From positions 224,001-288,000 of the forward strand of contig CAWJCS010000004.1 of assembly GCA_963841435.1 (NCBI GenBank): a DNA stretch of 64,000 nucleotides, in the 5' to 3' direction. Position 1 is the first letter of the stretch. Every line of letters starts with the position of its first letter. The translations under genes and the position numbers were made by a program. Of the stretch, positions 28,832 to 38,148 are shown piece by piece. Origin of the DNA: an uncultured delta proteobacterium (GTDB lineage Bacteria > Myxococcota_A > Polyangia > Polyangiales > Polyangiaceae). The notes below the pieces were generated by a model. That model saw only the letters and a list, made by a program, of their open reading frames with translations, did not search any database and was not told the origin of the DNA.

Positions 28832-28860
28832 AGCCTAGCTCAACTGAAAACGACTATCAA
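28832..28860 (-). promoter_or_regulatory. sigma70-type feoAB promoter overlapped by a Fur-like box
   Basis: Minus strand TTGATA-N17-TAGGCT; TGAAAAC-G-ACTATCA at 28845-28859; same layout as the bfd promoter. Confidence 0.8.
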
Positions 28861-29835
28861 ATTCAGCCCAAGGTGGGGCTTCCTGCCTGGTTTCGTGCCA
28901 GGGCACCCGCGACGCTCCTCGACAGCGAAAGCGCGTCGGTCGAACGCGGGGAGCACCCGAAGTAGAGCGCGGAGCGCCTCGAGCATCTCGACGGCCGAGC
29001 CGAAGCGCCGCTCCGGCTCGCGGTCCAGCGTCCGATGCACGGCCTGGTTCAGCTGGAGCGGCAAGGAGGGCCTCACCATGCCGAGCAGCGGCACGCGCGC
29101 GTCGCGCACGCGAAGGGCCGACTCCACCTCGGTCTCGCCACGGAACAGGCGCGCGCCCGTGAGCGCCTCCCAGAGCACGATGCCGAGCGCGAAAAGATCG
29201 CTTCGCACGCTCGGCGGCTCCCCGCGCACGAGCTCGGGCGCGAGGTAGGCGGCCTTGCCCTTGACCACGTTGGGTCGCGTGAGCCGCTCGCGATCGGTTG
29301 CGCTCGCGAGGCCGAAATCGCCGAGCTTGACGACGCCCGCGGCGTCGATGAGCACGTTGCCGGGGCTGACGTCGCGATGCAGGATGGGAGACGGTCGGCC
29401 GTGGGCGTCGAGACGCGCGTGCGCACAGGCGAGCGCTCGCAGCACCTCGATGCCGATGGCGGTCACGAGCTCCCACGGTGTCTCGATACCGTGCTGGGTG
29501 TGCGACGCCACCCAAGCGCCGAGGTCGAGCCCGCGCACGAGCTCGCTCACCAGATACGGCTCGCCGAGCTCGTCAACGCCGAAGTCGAGCACGGCGACGA
29601 CGTTGGGGTGGTAGAGCTCGGCGCCGACGCGCGCCTCTTCTGCGAACATGGCAGCGGCCTCGGGCGAACCGGCGAGGTGCGGCAGCATGCGTTTGACGGC
29701 GACCGCACGCGCGAAGCGTCCCGGCCCCCGCTGAACGGCGCGCCAGACGACGGCCATGCCACCCTGGCCCAACCTCTCCACGAGCTCGTAGCGTCCAGCG
29801 ATGACGCGTCCGGGAGCGTCGTCGCCCGCCATCAC
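28840..29835 (-). CDS. Cytoplasmic Ser/Thr protein kinase
   Basis: GQGGMA, VAVK, HRDVSPGN, DFG, KGKAAYLAPE. True stop is probably 28863 (extra base at 28943-28944). Confidence 0.92.
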   Translation of the reverse strand: MMAGDDAPGRVIAGRYELVERLGQGGMAVVWRAVQRGPGRFARAVAVKRMLPHLAGSPEAAAMFAEEARVGAELYHPNVVAVLDFGVDELGEPYLVSELVRGLDLGAWVASHTQHGIETPWELVTAIGIEVLRALACAHARLDAHGRPSPILHRDVSPGNVLIDAAGVVKLGDFGLASATDRERLTRPNVVKGKAAYLAPELVRGEPPSVRSDLFALGIVLWEALTGARLFRGETEVESALRVRDARVPLLGMVRPSLPLQLNQAVHRTLDREPERRFGSAVEMLEALRALLRVLPAFDRRAFAVEERRGCPGTKPGRKPHLGLNLIVVFS

Positions 29836-30027
29836 CGAGCCGCTGCGTTGGGGGTCGCCATCGGACGATCGTGGCGGAAGTCACCGCTGCCGACCCCTGC
29901 CGACACGCGCGAGCTTCGTTGCATCGTCGGCGACGCTACCACCTTCGAGCACCCACAAGGTAGGAGCACGCCTCACCGAACGACGGGCCAGCACGTGCGG
30001 AAGTTGAATCCGTGCCTCCGAAACGCC

Positions 30028-31258
30028 ATGATCGAGACAATGACGAAAGCGCCCACCGCTGCGCCGCGCCGACTGCTCGGTCTCTTCGTTCTGAGCATGC
30101 CGGCCGTGATCGGGAGCGCGTGTAGCAGCTCGGACGGCGTCAACTTCTTCGATGTGCCGGGAGGCGGGAAGGCGGGCGCGCCATCGGCGGGTGGGGCCGA
30201 GAGCGCCGGCACGGCGGGAGTTGCCGGGACGAGCGCGGGGACCGGAAACGGCGGCTCGACCAACGCGGGCGGAACCGCGGGCGACGCGAGCGGTGGCACG
30301 CCGCCCGTTTTAGGCGGCGGTGGCGGGGGCGGCGAAGTCGGCGGGGCAACGGCCGTCGGCGGCAGCGCGGGCAGCGCGGGCAGCGCGGGCAGCGCGGGAA
30401 CGACGCCGGAGGTCGGCGGCACGGGCGGCGAGGAAACCGGGGGCGCAGGCGAGGCCGGCGCCATGGAGGGAGGCGGCAGCGGGACGTCGGGCGTCGGCGG
30501 CACGAGCGGCGTCGGCGGCACCAGCGGCGACGGCGGCACCAGCGGCGACGGCGGCACCAGCGGCGACGGCGGCACCAGCGGCAGTGCCGGGACCGCGGGG
30601 TCGAGCGGAGACGCAGGCAGCGCGGGGACGAGCGCTGGCGGTAGCGCGGGGACGGCCGGCGGCGCGGGAACCGCGGGCACGGCGGGCAGCAGCGGTTGCG
30701 TCGCGACGACCGAGGTTTGCGACGGTCTCGACAACGATTGCCACAACGGTATCGACGACGCCGGTGTCTGTCCGGAGGGCTGCACCGGGGCGATCTTCCA
30801 GGGTCATCACTATCTCTTCTGTCAGGACATGGGTGATACGACGTGGCGTCAGGCCCGGACCTTCTGCCAGGGCGCCATGTCGCTCGGCTCTGCGTCCGTG
30901 CCCGTTGCCATGACGCTCGTCGAGGTTGAACTCGGCCGAAGAAGACAAGTTCATCGTCGATTGGATAACCGCCTCGAACCTGAACGACGACGTGTGGATG
31001 GGCGGCAGCGACATCGACACCGAAGGCACCTGGATCTGGGACCGCGCGTCGCAGAACGGGCTGCAATTCTGGAAGGGAAAGGCCAACGGGATGCCCGTCG
31101 GCAACCGCTACAACGACTGGGCGAGTGGGCAGCCGAACGACGGCACCGCGGTGACCGGCGAGGACTGCGCCCGCTTCGACGATGCTTCCAACTGGAAGTG
31201 GAACGACCGGCTCTGCACGAACGGTCTGCCGCACTTCGTTTGCGAGGAGCTGCCCTAG
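30028..31258 (+). CDS. Lipoprotein with Gly/Ser/Thr linker, Cys-rich motif and C-type lectin domain; frameshift near 30926
   Basis: Lipobox GSAC; EVCDGLDNDC motif; HYLFC..W..AR.FC; WMGGSD..EGTW.W; QPND..EDC..WND..C..FVCE. Confidence 0.85.
30361..30396 (+). repeat. 9-bp tandem repeat GGCAGCGCG x4 (Gly-Ser-Ala)
   Basis: Read directly; in frame within the linker. Confidence 0.9.
30496..30582 (+). repeat. 18-bp tandem repeat GGCGGCACCAGCGGCGAC, about 5 copies (GGTSGD)
   Basis: Three exact copies at 30514-30567 plus degenerate or partial flanking copies. Confidence 0.9.
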
Positions 31259-31278
31259 GCGGCCCCGCGGGGAGGGTC

Positions 31279-31752
31279 GTGGTCACTCGTTCCAGGGCAC
31301 AATCGGCGGGCGTTCTGATCTTTCGTCGATGCTCGGGTCCGCTCGAAGTCCTGCTCGCTCACCCGGGCGGACCGATCTTTCGCGGCCGTGATCTCGGGGC
31401 GTGGACCATCCCGAAGGGCGAGATCGAGCCGGGCGAGGAGCCGCTCGCGGCGGCGCAGCGCGAGCTCGTGGAGGAGACCGGCTTTTCGCTGCCGGGGCCC
31501 TTCCTAGAGCTCGGTCAGGTCAAGCAGAAGAGCGGCAAGATCGTGCACGCGTGGGCCGCCGAAGGCGATGTGGATCTGGGAGCGTTTCAGAGCGCGACGT
31601 TTCGCATGGAGTGGCCGCCGCGCTCCGGAAAGTTCGGCGAGTTTCCCGAGCTCGACCGCGTTTCGTACTTCAACGTCAACACCGCCAAGCAGAAGCTGAA
31701 CGCCGCGCAGAGCGCCTTCGTCGAGCGCCTCGTCGAGCGCGTCGGGGCTTAG
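31279..31752 (+). CDS. NUDIX hydrolase
   Basis: HPGGP, WTIPKG, Nudix box GEEPLAAAQRELVEETG, FPELDR; GGAGG RBS. Confidence 0.92.
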   Translation: MVTRSRAQSAGVLIFRRCSGPLEVLLAHPGGPIFRGRDLGAWTIPKGEIEPGEEPLAAAQRELVEETGFSLPGPFLELGQVKQKSGKIVHAWAAEGDVDLGAFQSATFRMEWPPRSGKFGEFPELDRVSYFNVNTAKQKLNAAQSAFVERLVERVGA

Positions 31753-31897
31753 GCCGTCGCGGCTCTCGGGCTACGAAGCGCCGCGAGGCGAAACAGAAAC
31801 GCGTCGATTCTTTCGTGCTCTCGAATGGCTCCTCGGTCGCCTCGGCATCGAGCGCACGGGCGCCGAGAGAAGGCAGGAGCGTATCGAGCTGCTCCGG

Positions 31898-31980
31898 TGG
31901 CCCCTCCGGGACTCGAACCCGGACGTCCTTTCGGACAAGGGATTTTAAATCCCCGGCGTCTGCCATTCCGCCAAGGGGCC
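31898..31980 (-). tRNA. tRNA-Leu (anticodon TAA)
   Basis: Acceptor stem GGCCCCT/AGGGGCC, D arm GGCGGAATGGCAGACGC, anticodon arm GGGGA-TTTAAAA-TCCCT, long variable arm GTCCGAAAGGAC, GGTTCGAGTCC; 3' end reads A-CCG, so CCA is not fully encoded. Confidence 0.97.
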
Positions 31981-31993
31981 AGAGGATCGAAAG

Positions 31994-34130
31994 CTAGCGT
32001 AAGAGGAAGATGCCGGCCGCCACCACGATGAGCAGCGCGACGGCGAGACCGGCGATCACGGCGGTCGAGTGGCGCTGTCGGTGTGCGGAAGGCACGGTGA
32101 GGGCGCGCTTGGCCGCGACCGCCGTGGACGGCGTGGCCTTTCGGGGGCTCGATGGGCGGTCCGCACGGGGCGCGAGGGACGTTGCCGTGCGTCGCGCCAG
32201 GATCTCACGGTGTTCTTCGCTCAGGCCGGTGAGGTCGGTGGCGGTCACGCGGTCCGAGCCGCCCGCGAAGACCTCGAGCCCGGCGATGAGGGCGTGCATA
32301 CCGAGCGTGCGCCGTGAAACGTCGCGCTCGAGCCCCTTGTTCACGACGCGGGCGAGATCCGGCGGCACCCAGGGTGCGACCTCGTCGACACGTCGGATCG
32401 GATCCGTGCAGATCGACACGATGAGCTCCGCGAGCGACGTCTGCTGACCCCAGAGGCGTCGGCCGCTCAGCGCTTCCCACAGGACGACGGCGAGGCTCCA
32501 CACGTCGGCGCGCTCGTCCACGTCCTTCGCGTTGCGCGCCTGTTCCGGCGCCATGTACATGGGGGAGCCGAGCATGCCGCCCGTGCGCGTGAGGCTCAGG
32601 CCGAAGCCGCCCGTGCGGCCGTCGATGCGCGTGCGCTTGGCGACGCCGAAATCGCAAACCTTCACCGTCACGTCCCCCGTGTTCTCGGCCACTTGCAGGA
32701 ACAGGTTCGCGGGCTTGATGTCTCGGTGAATGATGCCGTGGGCGTGCGCGGCGGCGATGCCGCGTGCGGCCTGGAGCACGACGCGCACCGCCACCTGCGG
32801 TTCGAGCGCCCCCTCGCGTTTGAGCACGCTCGACAGATCGACGCCGTGCAAGAGCTCCATGATGATGTACGGGTGGCGCAGCGTTTCGTCGCTGCCCGCA
32901 TCGAGCGTCGTCACGACGTTGGGGCTCGAAATCGCGCTCGCCGCCTTCGCCTCTCGCGAGAAGCGCGCGAGGCCCGCTTCCCCGGCATGGCCCCGCGAGA
33001 CGACCTTCGCGGCGAGGCGCCGGCCGTCGCTGGCCTCGACCTCGTAGACGGTGCCCATGCCGCCGCGCCCGATCAGCCGCACCACACGATAGCGAGCGTC
33101 GAGCGTCTGGCCCACGAGACCGAGATCGTCGGCGGGCTTCTGGGGCGGCGCCGGCGCCGGCGTGGGAGGAGGCTCGGAATCGAGGTCGGCGCGGGGCTCC
33201 GCCCGCGTGCGGACGTTGTGCGGCACGGCCGCGAGACCGGCGAAGGCGATGCGCTCGTCGTGCTGTGAAAGGGGCTTGAGCGTCCGCGTGAAATCTTCGA
33301 GCGTTGCCGCGCGGCGCGCCGGGTCGCGCGAAAGGGCGCGGTGCACGACGAGTGCGAGCTCCGCGCTCACCCAGGGCGCTCGATCCTGCACGTGTGGCAC
33401 GTCGTCGGTCGTGACGGCGGTCGCGACGTCACTGGCTGACTCGAGGTGGCCGAACGGTGGGCTGCCCGTGACGAGCTCGTAGAGCACGGCGCCGAGACCC
33501 CACACGTCGGTGCGTTCGTCGAAGGCCTGACCTTCGAGCAGCTGCTCGGGCGCGAGGTAGTCCGGGGGGCTCACGGGTTGGACGAGGCTTCCCGCCGAGC
33601 CCGCGGCACCCAGGCGTACGCAACCGAAATCGGTGACGCGCACGACGAGCTCGTCGTCCGATTCTGAGATCCAGAAACAGGTTGGCGGGCTTGATGCCTT
33701 GATGCACGACGCCGACGCGGTGCGCTGCGTTCACGCCGCTCGCGGCTTGCAGCACCATGCGCACGGCCGCGACGGGGTCGAGCACCCCGAGCTCGGCGAG
33801 CACCTCCCTCAAGGAGCGCGCCACCACGAGCGGTCGCGCCACGTAGGCGAGGCTACGCGCCGCGTCGCTTCCGGAGCCCACGGTCTCGACGAGGTGGGGG
33901 TGCCGCAGCATGAGTAGCGTCGTCGAGTCCCGGAGGAAGCGGTGCCCGACGTCGCCCGAGGAAAACTCGGGGTAGAACACCTTGAGCGCGACGGCTCCCT
34001 CCCGGGCGTCCATGGCCCGAAAAAGGGCGCTCGCCCGGCCCGCTCCCATGAGGGCGTCCAGTCGATAACGTTCTGCAATGGTCGCGCCGATCAGGCCCGC
34101 GGCTCGTGTCGCATCGTCGGCTTCGGTCAC
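31994..34130 (-). CDS. Tandem pseudokinase-kinase Ser/Thr protein with C-terminal TM anchor; frameshift near 33662
   Basis: Domain 1: VALK, HQGIKPAN, TDFG, YLAPE. Domain 2: GRGGMG, LAAK, HRDIKPAN, CDFG, GSPMYMAPE. The two ORFs join if one base is removed. Confidence 0.85.
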
Positions 34131-34182
34131 GCGATCCGCGAGAGAATAGCGACTCGACCGAGGCTACGCTATCTCTTTCCTC

Positions 34183-35019
34183 GTGACGCACAGAGTGCTC
34201 ATCGTCGCCGGTTCCGACTCGGGAGGGGGTGCCGGCATTCAGGCCGACATCAAGACCATCACGCTGCTCGGCGGCTACGCGGCGACCGCCGTGACGGCGC
34301 TCACGGCGCAGAATACGCTCGGCGTGCACGGTGTCGTTGCCGTCGACCCCGACTTCGTGGCCGAGCAGATGCGAGCGGTGCTCACCGACATCGGCGCCGA
34401 CGCCATCAAGACGGGGATGCTCGGGTCGGCGCGGACCGTCGAGCGCGTTGCCGCCACCTGCCGCGCGTTCGCGCCGGGCGTGCCGCTCGTCGTCGATCCG
34501 GTGCTCTACGCGAAGAGCGGCGTGCCCCTCCTCGAACCGGACGCGCGCGCGGTGCTCCGCGAGGTGCTGCTCCCGATGGCGTCGCTCGTCACGCCGAACG
34601 CGCCCGAGGCCGCAGAGCTGTCCGGGGTGCGCGTGGAGTCCGTGGCCGATCTCGAGCGGGCCGCCGAGAAGCTGCTGCTGCTCGGCGCGTCGGCGGTGCT
34701 CGCCAAGGGAGGTCATCTCGGCGGGGAGCTCGTGACGGACGTTTTGCGCACGGCCGACGGCGCTGCGCTCCGCTTCACGTCGCCGCGCGTCGTCACGCGC
34801 TCGACGCACGGCACCGGCTGCACGCTCGCTTCGGCAATCGCCGCGGGAATTGCCGAGGGGCTGACGCTCGTCAACGCCGTCGAGCGCGCGCGCGACTACG
34901 TGCTCGAGGCGATTCGCACCGCACCGGGACTCGGGCAGGGCGCCGGCCCGCTCAACCACGCCCATCCCGTGCTCGGCCCGTTGGCTCGAGCGGAGCGAGG
35001 CCATGACACGCTCCACTGA
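34183..35019 (+). CDS. thiD: Hydroxymethylpyrimidine / phosphomethylpyrimidine kinase
   Basis: AGSDSGGGAGIQADIKT, TAQNT, KTGML, VDPV, TPNAPEA, KGGH, THGTGCT. Confidence 0.96.
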   Translation: MTHRVLIVAGSDSGGGAGIQADIKTITLLGGYAATAVTALTAQNTLGVHGVVAVDPDFVAEQMRAVLTDIGADAIKTGMLGSARTVERVAATCRAFAPGVPLVVDPVLYAKSGVPLLEPDARAVLREVLLPMASLVTPNAPEAAELSGVRVESVADLERAAEKLLLLGASAVLAKGGHLGGELVTDVLRTADGAALRFTSPRVVTRSTHGTGCTLASAIAAGIAEGLTLVNAVERARDYVLEAIRTAPGLGQGAGPLNHAHPVLGPLARAERGHDTLH

Positions 35020-36238
35020 GGCGCGCCTCGGCCGGCTGCTGCTCGTCGCGTCGCTCGGAGCGGTGCTTTTCGCCACCGACTGCACCTCGAACCACGACTC
35101 GCTGGCGGCGCGGCCGCGCTCGGGGAGCGGCGGCAGCGCGGGCAGCTCCGCTACGGGCGGTTCGGGAGGGCTCGGCGGCGCCGCGGCTCGCGGCGGCAGC
35201 TCGGCCCAGGGCGGCACCGGTGGCACGGGCGGTAGCGGCGGGAACAAGGTCGTGGAGCCACCGGGCGAAAGCGTGCTCACGCTGCTCCACGCGGTCGTCA
35301 ACACGCCGAGCCTCGCCTTCTGCTTCGCGCGCGACGACGGTTCGGAGACGACGCTGGTCGGCGACCCGCGTCCCGCGGGAGGCCTCGCCTACGGCGCCTC
35401 GCTCGTGTTGGACCAGGTGAGCGGCGTGGACTTCGAACAGCAGGCGCTCGTTCCGTTCGCGCTCGCCGGTGAGCTCGAGCTGCTCGCGGGGCTCGACTGC
35501 GAAGCATCGGTCGCGCTCGCCGAGGCCGAGATGGCCGACGCCACGCGTGCCGCGGCCGAGCTCGCGGGCGGCGCCGGAGGCGAGGGGGGCGCCGCCACGG
35601 CCGCAGGTGCGGGCATGGGTGGCAGTGGAGGCGACGCCCCGAAGCCGCCCCGTCTACGTGTCGGGCGCTTGCCGGCGATCGCAGCGGGCACGCTCACCGA
35701 GGGGTACAGCTTGCTCTTTGCGGCCGTGGGCTGTCTGGGAGGGCCGACCTTCACCACCGACCACGAAAAGGCAATCTGTGGCGAGCTCTACACGCCGCTT
35801 CGCCCGACGCTGTCGGCCGAGCTCGTCCTTTTGTCGCGCAAGACGGCGTCGGGCGTCGTCGGCATGCAAGCTCTGCACGCCTCGACGGCGCTCGGGCAAA
35901 TCTCGATCCGCGCCGTCCCCCCGGACACGACGCTCGAAGCCTGGGCGTCGATCGGCGAGCAGATGACGGAGGGCGCTCTCCGCCCGCTCGAGCCGCGTCT
36001 CGATCTCGCGCCCGCCGGCTACGGCATCGGGACGCGCACCTGGCGCGTTCAAGCGCTCGACAACGGGACCGTCGCGATCTCGGATTCCTGGTCGGTGGTC
36101 CTCGCCCGAAGCGGCGCATCGGACCCGGAAATCGGCCGCGGGTACACGCTCGTCGCGATGGGCCCCAAGAACGACGAAGGCCGCGGCTGGTGGAATGCGG
36201 CGGGGTTCACCATCGTCGACAACGACCCGAGCCCTTGA
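35003..36238 (+). CDS. Exported hypothetical protein (probable lipoprotein) with Gly-rich linkers
   Basis: Signal peptide followed by Cys (ATDC), GS-rich linker, globular region. Confidence 0.75.
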   Translation: MTRSTEARLGRLLLVASLGAVLFATDCTSNHDSLAARPRSGSGGSAGSSATGGSGGLGGAAARGGSSAQGGTGGTGGSGGNKVVEPPGESVLTLLHAVVNTPSLAFCFARDDGSETTLVGDPRPAGGLAYGASLVLDQVSGVDFEQQALVPFALAGELELLAGLDCEASVALAEAEMADATRAAAELAGGAGGEGGAATAAGAGMGGSGGDAPKPPRLRVGRLPAIAAGTLTEGYSLLFAAVGCLGGPTFTTDHEKAICGELYTPLRPTLSAELVLLSRKTASGVVGMQALHASTALGQISIRAVPPDTTLEAWASIGEQMTEGALRPLEPRLDLAPAGYGIGTRTWRVQALDNGTVAISDSWSVVLARSGASDPEIGRGYTLVAMGPKNDEGRGWWNAAGFTIVDNDPSP

Positions 36239-36292
36239 TCTCGTCATGCGCTGGCGCGCTAGGATCCCGATCATGGCGTACGGTGAGGCAAA

Positions 36293-38101
36293 ATGACCGC
36301 TCGCGAGGGGGTGCTCGTCGAGCGGTTGCCCCGCGAGGACGGGCTCCGGCAGGTGCGCGACCGTGTGCTCCGTGGGGCCCTCGGCTCGCTCGCCATCGGC
36401 GTTCCGTCCCTGAGCGTGCTGATCACGGGCATGGAGCTTTCGCGTGGCACGCTCGGCCCCGTCACGATCGTCCTCTCGCTCTACACACTCGCGTTCCCGC
36501 TACTCAGGCTCCTTGCACCACGGCTGGGCTTCCGGGCGTCGGCGCTCTGTCTTCTCGGGTTGCTCGGCCTCACGGCGTTCTTGATCCAATCGCGCGGTGG
36601 CGTGGCGGTGGGCAGCATCGCGCTGAATTTCCTGGTGCTGTTGCTCGGCTCGGTGTTCTTCGGCAGGCGGGGTGCGGTGCTCGCCTGGCTTTCCGTCGTG
36701 GCGCTCTTCGTGCTGAGTGCCGTCGTGGTTCTGCACGAGGTGGGGCCGCCGCTGACGCTCGCCATGTGGCGGCCGGACCACGCCGGCTTCTGGGTGCGGG
36801 AAACCGTCGCGCTCTGCCTGCTCGGGATCGCCATCGGTCTCACGCAGGTGTTCGTGATCGAACGACTGGCGCACGAGGCCGAACGCGAGCACACGCAGCG
36901 CCTCGCGCTGCAGCAAGCGGAGGCGGCGCGCGAGCACGAACGCGAGCAGCGGCTCATCGCCCAAAAGGCTCTCGAGGAGTCGCGTCGCATCGAGGCGTTG
37001 GCCCGGCTTTCGGGTGGCATCGCCCACGACTTCAACAACGCGCTGACGGTCATCATGGGTACGGCCGGGGTGCTGGCGACCTCGGCCGCCTCCGGCGAAG
37101 TCAAGGCGGCGGCCGGAGAAATCGTGGACGCCGCAAAGCGCGCCGCCGAGCTCACGCGCCAGCTTCTCACGCTCGGGCGGCGGCAAGTGTCGAAGCCGCG
37201 GCCGGTGCCGATGGAGCCGCTCCTCACGCGACTGCAAGGGTCGTTGCAACGCCTCCTGCCGAGCGACGTGCGCGTCACCGTCGAGGTCGCCGACCCGCTC
37301 GTGGCGCTCGTCGACCCGGGCGAGCTCGAGCGCGCGCTGTTCAACCTCGCGGCCAATGCGGGCGATGCCATGGCGGGTGGCGGGGAGCTTCGAATCGTAT
37401 GTCGTCGCCACGCGGCCCTCGCCGACGGCTCGGGTCCCGGGCAGTGCGTCGAGCTCTCGGTCACGGACACCGGCGCCGGCATGAGCCCCGAGGTGCTCGA
37501 CCGCATCTTCGATCCCTTCTTCACGACGAAGGGCGCCAGCGGGACCGGCCTCGGGCTCGCGACGGTGTATGCATTCGCGAAGGGAGCCCAGGGCGACGTG
37601 CTCGTCGAGTCAGTGGCGGGCCGGGGCACGACGTTCCGCCTGCGCCTGCCCGAGGCGATCTTGGACGACGGAGCGGCACACGAGGCGTCGGCGCGAGCCG
37701 CGTCGCAAATCGCGCGTGGGCCTGACACCCACGTGCTCGTCGTCGAGGATCGTGACGACGTGCGCGCCAGCATGCGGCGCATCTTCGCGAGAGCGGGGCT
37801 TCGCGTCAGCGAAGCGCCGAATGGAGCGAGGGCCCTCGAGCTCCTCGAGCGGCCCAACGACTACGCGCTGCTCTGCGTCGATGGAGTCATGCCGGGAATC
37901 GCTACGAGCGAGGTGCTCGAGCGGGTGCATGCGATCGCCCCCACGCTGCGCATCTTGTTGTGCTCGGGGTACCTCGAGGAGGATCTGCTCCGGCGAGGCG
38001 TCGCCGCCGGTCGCTACGCGTTCCTCCAGAAGCCGTTCACGGCGGAGGACCTCCTCCGGAGCGCCGCCGCGCTGCTGGAAGAGGCGACCGCGCCCGTTTG
38101 A
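36293..38101 (+). CDS. Hybrid membrane sensor histidine kinase / receiver
   Basis: Several TM helices, AHDFNN, NLAANA, DTGAG, FDPFFTTK, GTGLGL; receiver VLVVED..DGVMPG..KPF. Confidence 0.95.
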   Translation: MTAREGVLVERLPREDGLRQVRDRVLRGALGSLAIGVPSLSVLITGMELSRGTLGPVTIVLSLYTLAFPLLRLLAPRLGFRASALCLLGLLGLTAFLIQSRGGVAVGSIALNFLVLLLGSVFFGRRGAVLAWLSVVALFVLSAVVVLHEVGPPLTLAMWRPDHAGFWVRETVALCLLGIAIGLTQVFVIERLAHEAEREHTQRLALQQAEAAREHEREQRLIAQKALEESRRIEALARLSGGIAHDFNNALTVIMGTAGVLATSAASGEVKAAAGEIVDAAKRAAELTRQLLTLGRRQVSKPRPVPMEPLLTRLQGSLQRLLPSDVRVTVEVADPLVALVDPGELERALFNLAANAGDAMAGGGELRIVCRRHAALADGSGPGQCVELSVTDTGAGMSPEVLDRIFDPFFTTKGASGTGLGLATVYAFAKGAQGDVLVESVAGRGTTFRLRLPEAILDDGAAHEASARAASQIARGPDTHVLVVEDRDDVRASMRRIFARAGLRVSEAPNGARALELLERPNDYALLCVDGVMPGIATSEVLERVHAIAPTLRILLCSGYLEEDLLRRGVAAGRYAFLQKPFTAEDLLRSAAALLEEATAPV

Positions 38102-38148
38102 CGCGCGTCGTTCCCAGCTCGGCGCGCTACTGATACGGTCGTCAACTC

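Noticed and set aside
30361-30582. Repeat array as a possible CRISPR
   Set aside because: Adjacent in-frame repeats without spacers that encode a Gly-rich linker; no cas genes.
29035-31752. 905-aa ORF apparently fusing a Gly-rich lipoprotein to a NUDIX domain
   Set aside because: Artefact: the 5' part is antisense to a kinase gene, the frameshift at 30926 reads through the lectin gene out of frame, and the NUDIX gene has its own RBS and start at 31279.
31760-31990. Genomic island integrated at tRNA-Leu
   Set aside because: No integrase, no duplicated tRNA 3' end and no compositional shift seen.
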